From positions 160,001 to 224,000 of the forward strand of contig CBDIIB010000005.1 in NCBI GenBank assembly GCA_965279525.1: a DNA stretch of 64,000 nucleotides, in the 5' to 3' direction. Below the pieces are notes generated by a model. It worked only from the letters and a program-made list of their open reading frames with translations, did no database searches and was not told the origin of the DNA. Shown here in pieces: positions 30,102 through 41,327 of the stretch (positions within the stretch are counted from its first letter, which is position 1; every line of letters begins with the position of its first letter). Made by a program: the position numbers and the translations under genes. The stretch is from Tagaea sp. (lineage in GTDB: Bacteria > Pseudomonadota > Alphaproteobacteria > CACIAM-22H2).

Positions 30102-32145
30102 CGCAAGGCCGCGGCGATGTTGCCGCCGTCGACCGTGAGGATGGCACCGGTCGTGGCGCGCGCCAACGCGAGCGACACGAAGCCCTGCGCCACGTCGCCG
30201 GCCGTGACCTCGCGGCCCAACAGGTTGCCGCCCATGTAGTCGCGCTCGGTGAGGCCCCGCGCCTTCGAGCGGCTGGCGATCATCGCGTCGGTCAGCAGGC
30301 CCGTGCGGATGCGGTCGGCATTGATGCCGTTGGCGCGGATGCCGATGGCGCCATAATCGACCGCGTACTGGCGCATGAGGAACAGTGTTGACGCCTTGGG
30401 CAGCCCGTAGGGGCCGAAATCGGGGCCCGGATTGACCGCCTGCTTGGAGACGTTGAACAACAGGCACCCGCCCGTGCCCTGCGCCTTCATCACGCGCACG
30501 GCGTTCTGCGCCACATGCTGGTGGGCGAAGAAGTTCAGCTCGAAGCTCTCGCGCAGCACCTTCTCGTCGACCTCGCCGATGCGGCCCTGCCAGGCGGCCC
30601 CGGCATTGGACACGACGATGTCCACACCGCCGAAGCGCGCGGCCGCCGCATCGAACGCGGCGCGCACGTCGGCGCCTTGCGTGACGTCGCAGGCAAGCCC
30701 GAGCCCGCCGAATTTCCGCGCGATCGCCTGGGCCGAAGCCCCGTCGCGGTCCAGCACGACCACTTCGCAGCCTTCCGCCGCGAAGGCCGCGACCGACGCC
30801 GCCCCGATGCCCGAACCGCCGCCGGTGACGACCACGACATGCCGCTGCAGGCGCTTCTCGGCGGACTTGCCGAGCTTGGCCTGTTCGAGCGACCAGTATT
30901 CGACGTCGAACAGGTCGGCCTCGGTCACGCTCTCGAAGGTGCCCATCGCTTCCGCGTCGGCGATGGCGGCCGCCGCGTTGTCGACGAGGTCGCCGGCGAT
31001 CTTCGCGTCCTTGGCGGTAATGCCGGCACAGAAGGCGCCGATGCCGGGGACCAGCACCACGCGCGGGCTGGTATCGAGGATCTTCTTGATGCCGCCCACG
31101 CGGCTGTTGTTGCGCGCGAAATAGTCGCGGTACTCGGCGTCGTAGGCATCGCGCGCCTGCTTCACCGCGGCGGCGAAGCCCGGCAGGTCGTCGGCGCGCG
31201 GGGCCACCGGGACCAGCATCGGCTTGCCCTTGGTGCGGATCACATGGTCGGGCGTGATGACGCCGGACCGCGCGTAGCGCGAAACTTCCGTGCCATTCAC
31301 GAAGTTCATCACGGCCGGGCCGTCGCGCAGTTCCATGACGAAGCGCTTGTGCGAGCCCTCCTCGCCCGGGAGGGCGAGCACGCCGCGCACGATGGGGGCG
31401 ATCTGGGCGGCCGTCGCGAGCTTCGCGGGCAACGCGACGGATGCGAACACCTTCCGCCCGGCCTTTGCGATACGCGCCTCGGCAAGGCTGACCAGCTCGA
31501 TCATCCGGTCGTAGCTGTCCTTCGCGGTCGGCCCCCACGCGAAGATGCCGTGCTTGTGCAACACGAGCCCGTCGGCCTTGGGGTGCTGGGCCGCCACCTC
31601 GCCCGCCTTCTTGGCCAGCAGGAAGCCCGGCATCACGTAATCGACGACGGGGGCGCGCTCGCCATAGACCTCGCGCAGCAGGTCGATGCCGTTGGCATGG
31701 TCGGAGACCGACAGCACCGCGTTGGCATGCGTGTGGTCGATGAACTTCGCCGGCAGGAAGGCGTGGAACAGCGTCTCGACCGACGGGTTGGGCGCACCGG
31801 CATCCAAGAGGTTCAGGCGCTGGAAATTGACCATGTCCTCGTCGGTGAGGGCGGAAAGCTTGGTGAGCTTGCGCAACGGGTCGAGGCGCACGGCCGGCAG
31901 GCCCGGCGGCTCGATGGTGCCCATGTCCCAGCCCGAGCCCTTGACGCACAGCACGTCGACGTCTTCGCCGAGCGTGTCCTTCATGCGCGTCTTGACCGAC
32001 ACGTTGCCGCCGCCATGCAGCACCAGTGCCCCCACGCCGCCCAGCAGGCGGCAGGTATAGGTGCGCAACGCCAGATCCTCGTTGCAGCCCTGCGCCGCGT
32101 ATTTCGCGATCGCCGCCTTGGCTTCGGTATCGGACCAGAGATTCT

Positions 32146-32149
<4 letters not shown>
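30098..32149 (-). CDS. bifunctional class II aldolase / short-chain dehydrogenase
   Basis: LHGGGNVSVK, PSVET.FH, DHTH, KHG, TPDH, EYWSLEQAKL; SDR TGGGSGIG, NAG, YGLPK. Confidence 0.92.
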
Positions 32150-33034
<885 letters not shown>

Positions 33035-33048
<14 letters not shown>

Positions 33049-33646
33049 AGACTCCGGGTGGGGGCCACGTGCCGTTTCTTGTAACGATGGCTTCGGGCGG
33101 AAACAATGCGTTACGACAGGTTACCGTAACCTGTTTATCCCCTTGATCTGATGGGGAGGTAACCTCCGCGCGCGTGGTCGCGTAGGACACGTCCTGCTCG
33201 GCCGAGTCGAGTATCCGCGTGGCGCGCGCGACATCGTGCACGGTATCGGCCATGTCGAGGATCGTCTCGCTGTCCAGCTGGTCGGCACCGGCCTCGCCGT
33301 CGCCGGCCATCTCCTCGAGCGCCGGCGTGCGGAACAGGCCCAGCCGCTCGACCAGCCAGCACGACATGCGCTTGTTCCCGTCCGCGATCGCCTGGTGGAT
33401 CGTCTCGATCGCCATGGCGCGCAGGCCCTGCAGGCGCACCGCGGCTTCCGACGTTTCGCGCCGGCGCAGTTCCGACGTCCGCGCGCGCAACGCCTCGCTG
33501 GCGCGCAGGATGCGCCAGATATGCTGGCGCGAGCAGCCCATGACGGTCGCCACTTCGGTCGTCGAATGCCCTTCGGCCAGAAGCTGGGCCACCAGCCGCC
33601 AGTCGATCTGACGCTTGGGGCCTCGAGGTAACGGTAAATTTTCCAT
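33035..33646 (-). CDS. helix-turn-helix protein, small-terminase-like
   Basis: LLAEGHSTTEVATVMGCSRQHIWR HTH followed by a long helix; low-complexity tail. Confidence 0.7.
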
Positions 33647-33680
33647 GATTGCACCTTTTATCATATTATAGGTGCTAATA

Positions 33681-33709
33681 AGCCTATATTACGGATCATG
33701 TTCCGTCAA
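33681..33709 (-). promoter_or_regulatory. putative sigma70 promoter of the HTH gene, with overlapping inverted repeat
   Basis: Minus strand TTGACG-17 nt-TAGGCT; TATAGG-N10-CCTATA palindrome at about 33667-33688. Confidence 0.5.
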
Positions 33710-33788
33710 GGCGCGGCACTGCGTAATGCTGTGGACCCACTCGAGCCGTGACATCCTACATTTGTCGCGAGGCGTGCTCGAGGCAGGG

Positions 33789-35918
33789 ATGTCATTCGGG
33801 GAAGATTTACGTAATTTTTTCCATACGAACTTCAACTTCCGAAGCACGCTCTTCCGGTCGCATCAAAGCCGCGAGCTTGAGCGTTATCGGGACTTCTTCG
33901 ACACTGTCGAGCGTCAGCCGCTGACCGGACGCCAGCGCCGGTCCGTCATCCTCGACGAGCACCGGAATCTCGTTGTCGCCGGTGCAGGCACCGGAAAGAC
34001 ATCCGTCATCGTCGCCAAGGCCGGATACCTGGTCAAAAGCGGGAAATGCCGTCCCGATGAAATCCTGCTGTTGGCTTTCAACGCGGACGCGGCAGACGAA
34101 CTTGCCGCGCGGTGCAAAGACCGCCTCGGCATCGAAATCAGGGCATCCACGTTTCATGCATTGGGGAATCACGTCATTGGCACCGTTGAGCCGGTTGTAC
34201 CGACTGTCTCCCGCCTCGTCCTGGATCGGCAGTACTTCGCGGAATTTTTCGAAACGGTCGTCGAGAAGCTGCTGGCGGACAAAGACGCGTGGAAGAGAGC
34301 CCGGGCAGTCGTCCTCGGCCACCTGAAACCGTACAAAAGCGAGTTCGAGTTCCGCAAGGCAGAAGACCAAGCCGCGTACATTCGCGGCGTAGAGCTTCGC
34401 GCGTTGTCCGGCGATCTGGTCAAAAGCTTTGCCGAGCTGGACATCGCGAACTTCCTGTTCATCAATGGCGTCAATTTCGAGTACGAAAAGCGGTACCCGT
34501 ACGGGCGGGAACGCTATCAGCCCGACTTCCATCTGACGGACTACGGCATCTGGATCGAGCATTTCGGCGTCGACCGGAAGGGCAACACCGCGCCCTATGT
34601 GGACCGCGACGCGTATGCGCGCGCAATGGCATGGAAGCGGGACATCCACGCCAAGAACCGCACGATACTTCTCGAGACCTATAGCTGGCAGAAATCCGAA
34701 GGCAATCTCGCGAAGCGACTCCATGAACTTCTGAAAAAGAACGGCGTTACGTACGCGCCACGCCCGGACGCCGAAATTTTCAAGGCGCTGCGCGACACGA
34801 AGTACATTCCGCAGCTTGCCAGCCTGACCGAGAAGTTCCTCGTCCACTTCAAATCGAACCAGATTTCCCAGTCCGATCTTTTCCGGAAGGCAAAGCGCTC
34901 TTCGAATCCCCGCCGCGCGACCGCATTCGCGGAGTTCTTTCGCTTCTTCCTCGAAAAGTACGAGTCGGAACTGGACGGAAAACGACCGCGCGAAATCGAC
35001 TTCAACGACATGATCCTGGCGGCGGCTTCCCATATTCGGTCCGGGCGCTTCGCCGTGCCGTGGAAATACATAATCGTCGACGAATTCCAGGACATATCCG
35101 TCGGGCGATATCGCCTGCTGGATGCCATGCTAAAGAGCCGAGGCGACCTCCAGTTCTTCGCCGTCGGCGATGACTGGCAGTCCATCTACAGGTTCGCCGG
35201 AAGCGACATCTCGATCATGAGCCGGTTCCGGAAGTTCTTCGGGCGCGCGACGATCGTCAAGCTAGATCGAACGTTTCGCTTCAACGACAGGATTGCTTCG
35301 GTCAGCGCAAAGTTCATTCAACGGAACCCGCGACAGATCCGCAAGAAACTGTCGACGCACATCGAGCGTTCTTCGCCACAGGTGATGCTGCATTGGGTAT
35401 CTCCGGCGGCCGGAGGCAGGCGTCCGGAAATTCCAGCTCTCAAAGGCGTTGTTCACGGGTTGACGGCTGATCTTCGGGAGCGGAATCCGACGCTGCTCGT
35501 TCTCTCCCGCTACAACCACCTGCTGCCCGATCGGGCGCAATTGCGGGAGATCGAGAGCATCTGGCCCGGCCAGATGCTCGATCCGTTGACCGTACATAGG
35601 GCGAAAGGCCTTGAAGCCGACTATGTGATCGTAAACGGCCTGTCGGCGGGAAGATTCGGATTTCCTTCCGAGGTCGAAGACGATCCCTTGTTGGATCTCG
35701 TGCTTGCACGGCCCGACAGCTATCCGAATGCCGAGGAGCGACGGCTTTTCTACGTCGCCCTGACGCGCGCAAGGCAGCAAGTCCATCTGATTGTCGATCG
35801 TATCCACCCGTCGCCCTTTGCGCTCGAACTCCTGAACGGCCGCTACGACATAAATCACGTCGGTCGGGACGAGAAGCCGAGGGGCCTGACACTTCGAGGC
35901 TTGTTCGGTAGGAGTTGA
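33789..35918 (+). CDS. UvrD / helicase IV-like SF1 helicase with inserted nuclease-like domain
   Basis: AGAGTGKT, VDEFQD, VGDDWQSIYRF, TVHRAKGLE, EERRLFYVALTRAR; insert VKSFAE..IANFL..YEKRY..YQPDF..IWIEHFG. Confidence 0.9.
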   Translation: MSFGEDLRNFFHTNFNFRSTLFRSHQSRELERYRDFFDTVERQPLTGRQRRSVILDEHRNLVVAGAGTGKTSVIVAKAGYLVKSGKCRPDEILLLAFNADAADELAARCKDRLGIEIRASTFHALGNHVIGTVEPVVPTVSRLVLDRQYFAEFFETVVEKLLADKDAWKRARAVVLGHLKPYKSEFEFRKAEDQAAYIRGVELRALSGDLVKSFAELDIANFLFINGVNFEYEKRYPYGRERYQPDFHLTDYGIWIEHFGVDRKGNTAPYVDRDAYARAMAWKRDIHAKNRTILLETYSWQKSEGNLAKRLHELLKKNGVTYAPRPDAEIFKALRDTKYIPQLASLTEKFLVHFKSNQISQSDLFRKAKRSSNPRRATAFAEFFRFFLEKYESELDGKRPREIDFNDMILAAASHIRSGRFAVPWKYIIVDEFQDISVGRYRLLDAMLKSRGDLQFFAVGDDWQSIYRFAGSDISIMSRFRKFFGRATIVKLDRTFRFNDRIASVSAKFIQRNPRQIRKKLSTHIERSSPQVMLHWVSPAAGGRRPEIPALKGVVHGLTADLRERNPTLLVLSRYNHLLPDRAQLREIESIWPGQMLDPLTVHRAKGLEADYVIVNGLSAGRFGFPSEVEDDPLLDLVLARPDSYPNAEERRLFYVALTRARQQVHLIVDRIHPSPFALELLNGRYDINHVGRDEKPRGLTLRGLFGRS

Positions 35919-36035
35919 GTTTCTTGTGGCCCCTGAGCCACGCAAAGGTCATGACACTCCCGCTTTGCCCGGATTGACGACGCCGGCCGACGCGCGCAGG
36001 TTCGTGCCCTCGTAGCCCAAACGGAGTTCCCGCCG

Positions 36036-36665
36036 ATGATGGACGCCGCCACCCTGCTGACATTCACGCTGATGGCGCTGGCACTGGTCGTCACGCCGGG
36101 GCCCGACATGCTGCTGCTGATGACGCGCAGCGTGGCGCAGGGCCCGACGGCGGGATTCGTCACGCTCGCGGGCATTTTCCTCGGCTGCTATTTCCATGCG
36201 CTCGTCGCCGGGCTGTCGCTCGCCGGCGTGCTGCTGGTCGCGCCGGTGACGTTCGACATCGTGCGGATCGCGGGTGCGCTCTACCTGCTTTGGCTCGCGG
36301 CGCGCGCGCTCATGGGCAGCGGCGGGTTCCGCCCGCCTTCGGCCGACACGCCGCGCGTGGCGCTGGGTGCTGTCTTCCGGCAGGGCGTGCTGACCAACAT
36401 CCTCAATCCCAAGGTGGCGCTGTTCTTCCTCGCCCTCTTCCCGCAGTTCATGCGCGCCGACCCCGGCACGGCGCTGGTCGAGGCATTGGTGCTGGCAAGC
36501 GTGCTCAATCTCGTCGGGCTGTTCGTCAACGGCGCCATCATCCTCGCCGCGGGCAGGCTCGGCACGTTCCTCGCCCGTCGCCCCGCCTTCGTGCGCTGGC
36601 AGAACCGCCTGCTCGGCGTGATGTTCGCTGGCCTGGCGCTGCGTCTGGTCTTCGAACGGCGCTGA
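36036..36665 (+). CDS. LysE/RhtB family translocator
   Basis: TPGPD, GALYLLWL, TNILNPK..LFFLALFPQF. Confidence 0.93.
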   Translation: MMDAATLLTFTLMALALVVTPGPDMLLLMTRSVAQGPTAGFVTLAGIFLGCYFHALVAGLSLAGVLLVAPVTFDIVRIAGALYLLWLAARALMGSGGFRPPSADTPRVALGAVFRQGVLTNILNPKVALFFLALFPQFMRADPGTALVEALVLASVLNLVGLFVNGAIILAAGRLGTFLARRPAFVRWQNRLLGVMFAGLALRLVFERR

Positions 36666-36675
36666 CGCCGCCCCT

Positions 36676-37248
36676 TCAGAACAGCCGGTCCGCCCCCAGC
36701 GCCGTCGCGATGCCGAGGCACGCGAAGATCGCGGCGGCGATGCCATGGACGAGCTTCATGGGGATGCGCGTGGCGAGCCGGTCGCCGGCGAACACGGCGG
36801 GCACGTCGGCGATCAGCATGCCAAGCGTCGTGCCGATGACGACGAGAACGGCTTCGCCATAATGCGCCGCCAGCGCCACGGTCGCGATCTGGGTCTTGTC
36901 ACCCATTTCGGCGAGGAAGAACGTCACGAGCGTGGCGCCGAACACGCCGAAGCGCTGTGCCACATGGGTCTCGTCGTCCTCGATCTTGTCGGGCACCAGC
37001 GTCCATGCCGCCATCGCGAGGAACGAGGCGGCAAGCGCCCAGCGCAGGAAGGCCGGATCGAGCGTGGCCGTGATCCACGCCCCGGCCGCCCCGGCAAGCG
37101 CGTGGTTGGCCACCGTCGCGACGAGGATGCCGAGCACGATGGGCACGGGCTTCTTGAAGCGGGCCGCGAGGATGAAGGCGAGGAGCTGGGTCTTGTCGCC
37201 GATCTCGGCAAGCGCCACGACACCGGTCGATACGAGCAGGGATTCCAT
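36676..37248 (-). CDS. TMEM165/GDT1 (UPF0016) family Mn2+ exporter
   Basis: Two E-x-GDKTQ motifs (AEIGDKTQ, AEMGDKTQ); downstream of the Mn riboswitch. Confidence 0.93.
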   Translation of the reverse strand: MESLLVSTGVVALAEIGDKTQLLAFILAARFKKPVPIVLGILVATVANHALAGAAGAWITATLDPAFLRWALAASFLAMAAWTLVPDKIEDDETHVAQRFGVFGATLVTFFLAEMGDKTQIATVALAAHYGEAVLVVIGTTLGMLIADVPAVFAGDRLATRIPMKLVHGIAAAIFACLGIATALGADRLF

Positions 37249-37333
37249 TGGAAAGTCTCCGGGGATCGTCTCCGGCCGGAGGGACAAGACAAGACGACGC
37301 GTTCCCCTCCGGCCGCCTGGAGGTCCGCGATCG

Positions 37334-37440
37334 CCTGTGGTCTTGCCAAGCCCGAAGGCTGCCCTGCGCCATGGCCATGCCGGCCAAGTATGTTGACGAG
37401 GGCGCGTGCCGGGGACGGCACGCCGACTACTCCCCAAAGA
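37334..37440 (-). ncRNA. yybP-ykoY manganese riboswitch
   Basis: Minus strand GGGGAGTAG...CGTCAACATACTTGG...CCATGGCG...TTGGCAAGACC, 5' of the UPF0016 gene. Confidence 0.9.
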
Positions 37441-37506
37441 CGGGCAGGTTTTAGGCGCCCCCGCCCCGCCCGTCAAACGGCGCTTTGTCGCAGGGAGTCG
37501 AAGGCT

Positions 37507-37535
37507 TGGATGCCCGGATCAAGTCCGGGCATGAC
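37507..37535. repeat. REP-like palindrome
   Basis: TGGATGCCCGGATCAAGTCCGGGCATGAC; same family as the 54903 element. Confidence 0.8.
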
Positions 37536-37537
37536 GG

Positions 37538-37870
37538 TCAAGGAATGAAGCCGATCCGCTCGAATGCGACCTTCAGCGCGCGGCCGTCGAAATAGATGCG
37601 ATGGACCGTGCCGTCGGCGGGCTCGACCGGCCAGTCGCCGGTCAGCTTGTATTTCGTGCCGGCCGGCGCCTGTTCGCCGGTGATCAGCACGCCGCTCTTG
37701 GACATCAGCAGCGTCATGTCGACCAGCATGCGGCCGCGCGATTCGCTGTAGGAGCCGAAATAGCGCGCCCCGCCGGCGTCGATCCCGACGACCGTCTGCC
37801 GGCCGATATAGAGCGTGCCGGCGCCGGCCCCGGCGCTGCCGACATAGCGCATGACGTACAAGGCACTCAT
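37538..37870 (-). CDS. small beta-rich protein, possibly GrlR-like
   Basis: LYVMRY..G.G.GTLYI....VGIDAGG..Y.GSY pattern; AT-rich upstream region. Confidence 0.55.
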   Translation of the reverse strand: MSALYVMRYVGSAGAGAGTLYIGRQTVVGIDAGGARYFGSYSESRGRMLVDMTLLMSKSGVLITGEQAPAGTKYKLTGDWPVEPADGTVHRIYFDGRALKVAFERIGFIP

Positions 37871-37945
37871 ACAATAGTACTCTCTGAAGTTGTGTTCCGA
37901 TGTACACCATATCGGCCGCAAAAGAAAAGGCCTGCGGAATTTCGG

Positions 37946-40429
37946 CTACGCCACTTCGTAGCGATCGCGCCCGGCGTGTTTGGCCCGGTAGAGCGCGTCG
38001 TCGGCGCGGCCCTGGGCGGCGGAGATGTCGGCGTCGGCAGGGACGATCATCGAGATGCCGACGCTCGTCGTCACGGCGATGGCGTGCCCGTCCCAGTCGA
38101 TCGGGGTGGCGCGCACGGCGTCGAGGAGACGGCCGGCGAAAAGCCGGGCGCCGGCAAGGTCGGTGCCGGGCAGCAGGACGGCGAACTCCTCGCCGCCGAT
38201 CCGGCCGAACATGTCGGACTCGCGCATGACCGCCCGCACGCGCCTTGCGAACTCGACGAGGACCCGGTCGCCGGCCGCATGGCCGTACGTGTCGTTCACG
38301 CGTTTGAAATGGTCGATGTCGAGGGCGAGGAACGCGCAAGTGCCCGCATAGCGCTTCAGGCGCACGAGTTCGCCGTTGCCGCGCTCGACGAGCGAGCGCC
38401 GGTTCGGCGCACCGGTCAGCGGGTCGGTTGTCGCGAGACGTTCGAGCTCCACGTTGAGCGACGCGAGTGACGCCTCGCGCGCCTTAAGCTCGGTGATATC
38501 GACGCGGAAGATGATCGTGTGGCCGCTCTGGGTGCGCTTCTTCTCGATCCGGTTCCAGCGTCCGTCCGGGCCGCGCACCTCGTAGGCCTGACCGGGATTG
38601 CGGAAGCTTTCCAGGTGCTCGCGCACGAAATCGTTCTCGCGGCCGGCCGCCGCCGGATAGAGCCCGCATTCGAGACCCAGGCGCACGACGAACTCGTAGC
38701 TGGTGCCCGGCACGATCAGGTCGGCGAAGCTGCCGTAGGTTTCGCTGTACCGGGAATTCAGCAGCACGATGCGCTCGTCGGGATCGTAGAGGCAGAACCC
38801 GTCGGACAGGGACTCGATCCCCTCCTTGAGGCGCCGGTGGGCAAGCTCGGAGCGCTGGCGCTCGCCCGAGAGCTGCTCGGCAAGGGCCGCCAGCTCGCCG
38901 GCCTGCGCCTCGGCGCGCCAGCGCGCCTCTTCGCCTTCGACGAGCGCCTTCTGCAGTTCGGCGTCGTGCCGCTCGAGCTTCTCGAACGCGTCCCTGCGCT
39001 CGGTCACGTCGGACTGGATGGCCATGTAGCCGGTCAGTTCGCCGGCCTGGTCGAGCATCGGCCGGATCTCGAGATCGACCCAGTAGACCCGCCCGTCCTT
39101 CGCGCGGTTGCGGATCTCGCCGCGGAACGGACGGCGTTCCTCGAGGCACCTTCGCATCTCGTCGTCGCGTTCGGTCGACGTGCCTTCGAACTGGACGAGT
39201 TCGCGCGGCTTGCGGCCGATCGCCTCGGCGGCGCTGAATCCCGTGAGGCGCGTGAACCCGTCATTGACCCAGGCGATCCGCCGGTCCGGCCCGGTGATGA
39301 TGACGCCGTTGGTGGTGCGCTCGGCGACCTTCGCGAGCCGGTCGAGTTCGACCGTCATGCGCCGCGCCAGCGCCAGCGCACGCGCACGCCCCGTCATCGC
39401 GAGCCAGACCACGAAGGCCACGCACAGCGACAGCGCGCCGATCCCGGCCCCCACGGCGACGGGCGTCGTGCGGTCGATGCCCGCGTTCCATTGCGGAGCT
39501 CCCCAGGCGCGCATGACGATCAGGCGGTTGGCGAAGACCAGCGGCACGAAGAATGTCGGCCGCACCGCCGGCTCCGCCGCCGAGACCGGCACGGCCGAAC
39601 CCGGCACGCGGAAGCTGCTGAATGGCCGGATCGATCCGTCGGGAAGCCCGTCGAACAGGTCGAACTCGACGAGGCCGTCGGCGGCGGCGGCGGCGGCACC
39701 GATCATGTCGTCGACGAGGAACGGGGCATAGAGGATGCCTTGCGTCTTCTCGCGCCGCCCGGCGACCGTGTCGGGGACCGTCCCGCCTTCGTAGACCGCC
39801 AGCATCAGCAGGAAGCCGGGTGTCGGCTGCCCGCCCATGCCCATGAGGCCCAAGGGTGCCGTCAGCGCCGGGCCGCCGGTCTCGATCGCGGCGTCGATCG
39901 CGGTGCGGCGGGTCGCCTCGGCGCCGATGTCCGTCCCGAGCACAGGTGCAAACCCCGTGAACGGCTCGATGTACTTGACGACATAGAGTTCGGGCGCGTC
40001 GCCCTGCGTGCGGATCTCGAAGTCCGGCACGCCGTCGCGCCGCGTGCGCTCGACGAAGCGGATCGTCGCCCACCGGTAGACCTGCTCGGCATAGCCGAAG
40101 GCTCGCACGCCGGGAAACTCGGCCGGCAGGTCGCGCGCCGCGACCCAGTCGCGGAACTGGCTGCGCGACATGTCGCCTTGCGCCGCGAACGCGGCGCGCA
40201 GGCCGCGCAGGCCGTAGACGGGTGTCGCGAAGCGCTGCTCGATCGTGCGGCCGACGCGCGCGGCAAGCCGGTCGAGGCGTTCGGCGGAATCGGATGCCGC
40301 GTCTGCTGCCAGCCACTGCACGGCCGCCGCAGCGACCCCCAGGCCGACCGCGACGATCGCGGCCGCCGCGAGCAGCGCACGCAGGCCGCCACCCCTTTCG
40401 GGGCCGGCCGGATCTTTCGCTGCAGCCAT
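37946..40429 (-). CDS. CHASE-PAS-PAS diguanylate cyclase
   Basis: Two TM segments flank a CHASE domain (EFPGVRAFGY, VKYIEP); WVNDGFTRLTG PAS; RESDMFGRIGGEEF. Confidence 0.92.
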   Translation of the reverse strand: MAAAKDPAGPERGGGLRALLAAAAIVAVGLGVAAAAVQWLAADAASDSAERLDRLAARVGRTIEQRFATPVYGLRGLRAAFAAQGDMSRSQFRDWVAARDLPAEFPGVRAFGYAEQVYRWATIRFVERTRRDGVPDFEIRTQGDAPELYVVKYIEPFTGFAPVLGTDIGAEATRRTAIDAAIETGGPALTAPLGLMGMGGQPTPGFLLMLAVYEGGTVPDTVAGRREKTQGILYAPFLVDDMIGAAAAAADGLVEFDLFDGLPDGSIRPFSSFRVPGSAVPVSAAEPAVRPTFFVPLVFANRLIVMRAWGAPQWNAGIDRTTPVAVGAGIGALSLCVAFVVWLAMTGRARALALARRMTVELDRLAKVAERTTNGVIITGPDRRIAWVNDGFTRLTGFSAAEAIGRKPRELVQFEGTSTERDDEMRRCLEERRPFRGEIRNRAKDGRVYWVDLEIRPMLDQAGELTGYMAIQSDVTERRDAFEKLERHDAELQKALVEGEEARWRAEAQAGELAALAEQLSGERQRSELAHRRLKEGIESLSDGFCLYDPDERIVLLNSRYSETYGSFADLIVPGTSYEFVVRLGLECGLYPAAAGRENDFVREHLESFRNPGQAYEVRGPDGRWNRIEKKRTQSGHTIIFRVDITELKAREASLASLNVELERLATTDPLTGAPNRRSLVERGNGELVRLKRYAGTCAFLALDIDHFKRVNDTYGHAAGDRVLVEFARRVRAVMRESDMFGRIGGEEFAVLLPGTDLAGARLFAGRLLDAVRATPIDWDGHAIAVTTSVGISMIVPADADISAAQGRADDALYRAKHAGRDRYEVA

Positions 40430-40502
40430 CGTCTCCCCTGGCGCCGCACGGAACCGTCAGATGTCCGAAACTACATACAAACGTTTAAGATCCGTGAAAC
40501 GC

Positions 40503-40539
40503 AAAAGGCCCGCCCCTTTCGGGGCGGGCCATATTTTTT
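40503..40539. terminator. intrinsic (probably bidirectional) terminator after petC
   Basis: AAAA-GGCCCGCCCC-TTTC-GGGGCGGGCC-ATATTTTTT. Confidence 0.8.
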
Positions 40540-40565
40540 CCGGTCCGACCGGGATCGGAAGGGGC

Positions 40566-41327
40566 TTAGTGCAGGCCCTTCCAGATCTTGCGCTTGGTCG
40601 CGTAGAGCAGGCCCGTGAAGATGAACAGGAACAGCATCACCTTCACGCCCAGCGAATTGCGCGCTTCCAGATGCGGCGAGGCGGCGAAGGCGAAGAACGT
40701 CGAGACGTCCTTGGCCATCTGCTCGACCGTGGCCTTCGTGCCGTCGGCATAGGTGACGGCGTCGGGCTGGATCGGCTGGGCCATCGCGATCTGGTGGCCG
40801 GGGAAGTAGGTGTTGTAGTGCATGCCTTCGGGCAGCGTCACGCCGGCGGGCGGCGCTTCGAGATAGCCCGTCAGCAGCGCGTAGACGTAGTTCTCGCCGC
40901 CCACGCGGTTCTTCGCGATCAGCGACAGGTCGGGCGGGAGTGCTCCGTTGTTGACCGCGCGCGCCGCGTTGTCGTTGGCGAAGGGCGACTTGAAGCGGTC
41001 GGCCGGACGGGCCGGACGCTGGAACATCTCGCCGTCGTCGTTGGGGCCGTCGGTCGCCTCGTACTCGGCCGCGACCGCGCGGATCTCGGCTTCCGAAAGC
41101 CCGATGCCCGCGAGGTTGCGGAAGCGCATCTGCTTCATGCCGTGGCAGGCCGCGCACACTTCCTTGTAGACCTGATAGCCGCGCTGCAGGGCCGCGCGGT
41201 CGAACGTGCCGAAGAAGCCGTCATGCGGCCAGGCCTGCACGGGGATCTTGATGCCTTCGGCAGCCGACACCGAGCCGGTGCAAAGAGCCAGCGTCGCCGC
41301 GACGATCAGGGATTTCGCGAAACGCAT
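40566..41327 (-). CDS. petC: cytochrome c1
   Basis: RGYQVYKEVCAACH heme motif, PPDLSL, C-terminal TM. Confidence 0.96.
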   Translation of the reverse strand: MRFAKSLIVAATLALCTGSVSAAEGIKIPVQAWPHDGFFGTFDRAALQRGYQVYKEVCAACHGMKQMRFRNLAGIGLSEAEIRAVAAEYEATDGPNDDGEMFQRPARPADRFKSPFANDNAARAVNNGALPPDLSLIAKNRVGGENYVYALLTGYLEAPPAGVTLPEGMHYNTYFPGHQIAMAQPIQPDAVTYADGTKATVEQMAKDVSTFFAFAASPHLEARNSLGVKVMLFLFIFTGLLYATKRKIWKGLH

